Shown: positions 59,929-64,000 of the stretch, piece after piece
Layout of the letters: every line of letters starts with the position of its first letter
Position numbering within the stretch: the first letter of the stretch is position 1
Source: Amphiscolops sp. MND2022
Taxonomy: Eukaryota
DNA length: 64,000 bases
Assembly (NCBI GenBank): GCA_964187785.1
Contig: OZ076409.1
Location: 35,838,001-35,902,000, forward strand
Reading direction: 5' to 3'
Notes under the pieces: model-generated
Database searches by the model: none
Seen by the model: only the letters and a program-made list of their open reading frames with translations
Told to the model about the DNA's origin: nothing
Made by a program: the position numbers and the translations under genes

Positions 59929-61960
59929 TCAGTGTAACGTGCAATTTTGTTTCTGATGAGTTTTGTGCATCATTTAGGAGCTTTGAGGATCTGGGTTGTT
60001 GATTTTTGAGCTCCTTAACATCTAATAAAAATTTATTGTATTCATAAAACTGATTGAGCGGTTGCAAAGCAAATCGCGTTTTCGTACCCAACCGTTTCAA
60101 TCAAATTATGAAAACTATTTTGAATCCTAGTCGAACCAGCATTCCGATTAACGTGATTGTCAGAATAGTTACTGCTATCTCTCTCGCTATCCACCAAAAA
60201 AACAGCGTTTCCTTATTTACCGATTGAAACCACGGTAGTACTCTCCAGCTGAACCCAATCTGGTGCTCTGGAAAATTGAGATGAAACAAACTTTCATGCG
60301 AGTACGTGCCTTTTGAACCCAGATACACCTCTCTACCGGTTACTGTTGTACGGCTCTGGCGGATGGAGCGCGCGCGATTGCTTCTAACGAGATCTTCCAT
60401 TGTGAACAACCCATTACCATTCAAACCCACAAAGTTATGTGGCCTTAGTTCCCGTGAAGAGCTGTTCCGAAAACAACAGGTTCGACTCGCGCTAGTTCGG
60501 TTGTTTTTCCATACGTCACCCAGGATCCGTTTAGCAACTGATACAAATTGGGGTACACTGGGTTGCATTCGGTCAGTGTGTAGTTGTTGTCAAAAATCTT
60601 TGAAATTGGATTCATGAATTTAATCACGGACCCTTTCCCATCGCCAAGTCTCACAGGGATTTCTTCTGTGCAGAAGTCTAAAGTTGCCAGTGTAATTTCC
60701 ATTTTTGCACATCTGTGTAAGTATACAACCTCGCCCGCACGTTCAATATGTGTTCCCACCATCTCGTCCCCACTTATTGCACTGTCGAGATTTGAAATTA
60801 ACACATCTTGAATTCGACATCTCTGGTAGTTGACTTCCTGCCAAGCTCGTTCCATTTCCTGTAACCCTTGGGCATGTAAGAAATCAACTTTGCTCTGTAG
60901 GAGCGTTTCTTCGCCAATGTTGTTCATAATTTTAACTGGTAAATCTGTACTTCGAATGAAAACAAAATTCCCTTCATGATGGTTGGGTAAACTGTAAAGT
61001 TACACAAAGAAACGGGCTGGTTATGAATTTCCAGTGCGAACTTTCTGCCTTGTCTGTTGCTAACGAATCCCGTTAGCATGCTGTTTTTTTCACCAACTAA
61101 TTTGATCACATTGTTTCTTCCATTTATGCCGAAGAGTTTATAAAGGTCGCACTCTTTTGGCTTGGCCACCAAGTAAACCACAAAATCTTTTTCGAAATCA
61201 GTTTCGATGTCGTCGCTTGTTATAGGGTTTCCGAGAGGGTCGTTCCACTTATGGAAGTTGCTTCCGCCAAGTTGCTTCCGCCAAGTTGCTTCTGAGTGAA
61301 CACTTTTCCAATTGTCAGTCGTCCATTGATGAGGACAGACGCTTCAATTACCTCTCCTGTTGGTGTTGTCCATTCAATTGGTGTTGAAAACCCAATCCCT
61401 TTTCCTTTAGCTTTCATAAATTTTTCTGAGTAGTCGAAGTTCTTAAACAACTCATGCTGAAAATTATTAACTTCTTCTATATCAGTCTTTTTCAATTGGA
61501 ACCGATTTTGCTGAATCCCGGTAATATGAAAGGTTTTGCTGCCCACGCCTGACGACAAATTACAATCGAAATCAAGTAAAATGTTGGTAAAATCTTTGAT
61601 TTTTCATGTAAATACAGTCCATTATCATAAACAGATGATTTTTTCATGTACGACACCGTATACGAGGCTTGATAATGACAAGTTTTCATTTCCCGCCTAC
61701 CGTCGTTGTCGCTGAACACCACTGAACCACGTGGCACTGATGCCATCTCACTCGAACATCGAGTACAATTTTTTTGATCAGTTAAGGAGTACACCGTGGT
61801 CCCTACAACTTGCTCGAAGTCGTATACTACAGTTTTAATGTTTTCTTCTTGCACCGATACAGCAATAATAATCAAAAGTAGTATTATCTTGTTATCTGTG
61901 TCTCTGTTTTCTCTTGGGATTTGCATTCTTTTTCCGTGTTCTCGGCTGCTCCTAATTTCC
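59909..61960 (-). pseudogene. env: env-like glycoprotein resembling chuvirus-type G proteins, broken into about 6 ORF pieces
   Basis: Signal-like KIILLLIIIAVS followed by VVYD; motif block AGEVVYLHRC...CTEEIPV...FMNPIS...ECNPVYPNLYQLLNGSW; GLFTMEDL; C-terminal hydrophobic WWIAREIAVTILTITLIGMLVRLGFKIVFII. Lies directly 3' of integrase. Confidence 0.75.
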
Positions 61961-63559
61961 TGAAGCAAAAACGTCGTTGTCATCGAAAGAAGTATCGTCA
62001 TTGTACGCAAAATAGTCACCGAATCTTTTCGGAACTGATCGGATACGAGTACTTTTCTCCCTTTGTGGCACTATTGGAGGCATTCTCTTGTTTTTTGGTT
62101 TCGTAACTTTTGTTTGAGGCGTTTTTAATGGAAGCGATTCATTGTTAACTCCCTCTGCATAACTTTTCATTCTTGCTCCGGCATCAGATTCCTTTAAATC
62201 GCTTGTGCTCGCAGTAGGCCCTTGTTCGCTTTCGGTACTTTTTTGCCTCTCATCTGGATTGGCTACTCGTTCTCTCTTTCCTAATTTACCTATCTGTTCA
62301 ATCTCAACCTCTATTAAGTCGTAATCGATGATCCCAGATTCGTCTGTTTGTTGAGTTTCAGTGTGTTCCTGGGTTCCGCTCATTCTTGTGAAGATTCGCT
62401 CCCGCGGTTTGTACTTTTTCATTCGATCGTAATGTACTTTGATTACTTTTCTGGTCTCTTCGTGGCACACACGGAAATTCAGATCGTTGATTATTTCGAG
62501 AATTTTGTACGGTCCTCTGTAGAACGAAGTGAACTTCTTTGTTTGTCCCTTCTTTACTGTAGGGAAGAAAATAAGCACTTGTTCACCCACGTGGTAGACA
62601 GGGCCATATGCCCGGTAATCATAATACGTTTTCTGTTGTGTTTGTTCTAATTCCATGTGCGATCTCACAAGATAGTGAGCTTTTTGAAGTTCTCTCTTTG
62701 TGTTGTAAATAAAATCACTCGGAGTCGGGAATAATTCGGTATGACGTGTCTCGTACATACAATCAATCGGTAATCTCAATGGTGTTCCCATCACAAGATA
62801 GTTTGGACTATGTTTAGTGACTGCATGAATTGACGAGCGATATGCCATCATGACCAGTTGCAAATAACAGGTCCAATCGCTCTGGTGATTATCGATGTAT
62901 TTCGAAAAGCTTTCTTCAATTGTCCGGTTTGTTCTTTCAATCATCGCATTGCCTTCTGGATGAAAAGGAGTGGTGGATGTCCGTTCAATGCCCAAAACAC
63001 GACACAACTCTGTAAAGAGTTCCGACATAAAATTTGTTCCTTTATCACTATGTAAATTCACGGGACATCCGAATTTCGTGATCCAGTTATCGACTAATGC
63101 TTGTGCGACTGTTTTTGCTTCCTGATTTGCCATGGCAACGGTTTCGAACCATTTACTAAATTGATCACCAATCAACAAAATGTACTTTTGGCCATTGGAT
63201 TCTGGCAAAGGACCCATCACATCTAATGATACCTGCCAAAAAGGATGGCTCGGTTTCCACATTTTTAGACTGTGTCTGTGTTTCTGTGGGGTGCCTTTTC
63301 TCCTCAAGCATTTATCACAGCTTTGAACCCAGCTGTTCACGTCTCGTTTCATCCCAGGCCAAAAGAACCGTACTTGAGCTCTCTGATATGTCTTTTCGAT
63401 TCCGAAATGGCCTGTGCACGGAGACTTGTGCAGCAATGGTAGTCTTTTGGAAATTTGATTCTCCGCAACAATAAGCTGATGTGCCCAACGATCTCCGTCT
63501 TCTAATTTTTTTGTTCTGAAGAGAAGTCCTTGTATCAACGTGAGGTTCTTAAAGTCCAC
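61952..63559 (-). CDS. pol: Gypsy pol, integrase portion (HHCC, DDE, GPY/F)
   Basis: LHKSPCTGHFG..FFWPGM..CDKC; VSLDVMGPL; LHSDKGTNF; HPEGNAMIERTNRT; YRGPYKI; open for 535 codons. Confidence 0.96.
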   Translation of the reverse strand: MDFKNLTLIQGLLFRTKKLEDGDRWAHQLIVAENQISKRLPLLHKSPCTGHFGIEKTYQRAQVRFFWPGMKRDVNSWVQSCDKCLRRKGTPQKHRHSLKMWKPSHPFWQVSLDVMGPLPESNGQKYILLIGDQFSKWFETVAMANQEAKTVAQALVDNWITKFGCPVNLHSDKGTNFMSELFTELCRVLGIERTSTTPFHPEGNAMIERTNRTIEESFSKYIDNHQSDWTCYLQLVMMAYRSSIHAVTKHSPNYLVMGTPLRLPIDCMYETRHTELFPTPSDFIYNTKRELQKAHYLVRSHMELEQTQQKTYYDYRAYGPVYHVGEQVLIFFPTVKKGQTKKFTSFYRGPYKILEIINDLNFRVCHEETRKVIKVHYDRMKKYKPRERIFTRMSGTQEHTETQQTDESGIIDYDLIEVEIEQIGKLGKRERVANPDERQKSTESEQGPTASTSDLKESDAGARMKSYAEGVNNESLPLKTPQTKVTKPKNKRMPPIVPQREKSTRIRSVPKRFGDYFAYNDDTSFDDNDVFASGN

Positions 63560-64000
63560 TCAAAACTTCCATAGTTCCCTAGAAGCTCCGTTCATGTTTT
63601 TTCGATCAGGTCTCTGCTTTTCTTCGATCCATTTAGGACTTTCTTTATGTTGTTATCTTCATGCTGTTTCATTTGCATACTATTACGATCTGTATTCTGG
63701 ATTAACATCCATGGGTTCGCAGGATGTTCCTCCATTGTCGTGTTTTCTCTCAGTGCTGCCACATAGACAGTTATCGGATCTTCCTCCTCCGGCAGTACTC
63801 GCGATAAACAATCTGCATGAGGGATGCTTCTACCCGCTTTATGTTTAATTTCGAAGTCAAATTGTCCAAGTTTTTCCAACCAACGTGCAACCATCCCTTC
63901 TGGATCTTTGAAACTGTAGAGCCATACCAAAGCTCTGTGATCAGTAACTATTGAAAATTTTCTACCTAAGAAATAGGTTTTGAAATGATTTGTAAAATGG
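63560..64000 (-). pseudogene. pol: Gypsy pol, RNase H and linker (frameshifted relative to integrase)
   Basis: HFKTYFLGRKFSIVTDHRALVWL..DPEGMVARWLEKLGQFDFEIKHKAG...HADCLSR. Confidence 0.92.

Larger units (their letters stand above)
58068..64000 (-). mobile_element. Ty3/Gypsy env-containing retrovirus-like element, 3' half, with two J-domain accessory ORFs
   Basis: Co-oriented RNase H, integrase, env and two extra ORFs, ending in an LTR-like ...CGTTACA at 58068; continues beyond the right edge. Confidence 0.88.

Overview
Repeat-dominated eukaryotic window, most likely an invertebrate metazoan (inferred from the transposon families present). No recognisable host gene, RNA gene or CRISPR array. 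Left to right: a decayed BEL/Pao element (1-2.5 kb, -); a dead Copia copy with a nested Helentron-type (HINE/DINE-like) insert (5.0-9.5 kb, -); a ~16.4 kb array of ~399-bp satellite with layered higher-order repeats (10.5-26.9 kb); a decayed CACTA/EnSpm-like transposase (27.5-29.4 kb, -); a 30-bp minisatellite and a ~1.5-kb tandem array whose units each end in the tip of a Copia LTR (34.5-43.7 kb); a structurally complete dead Copia with LTRs, PBS and GACTT target-site duplication (TSD) (43.6-48.3 kb, -); LINE RT and second-Copia remnants (49-54 kb, +); a cluster of MULE/foldback-like elements sharing one structured core, nested in CRE-type retroposon fragments (54-58 kb). The most notable feature is the 3' half of a Ty3/Gypsy element (58-64 kb, -). 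After integrase it carries a chuvirus-glycoprotein-like env and then two paralogous accessory ORFs, each built as conserved N-terminal module + coiled coil + DnaJ-type J-domain. All calls come from reading motifs by eye; no database search was run.
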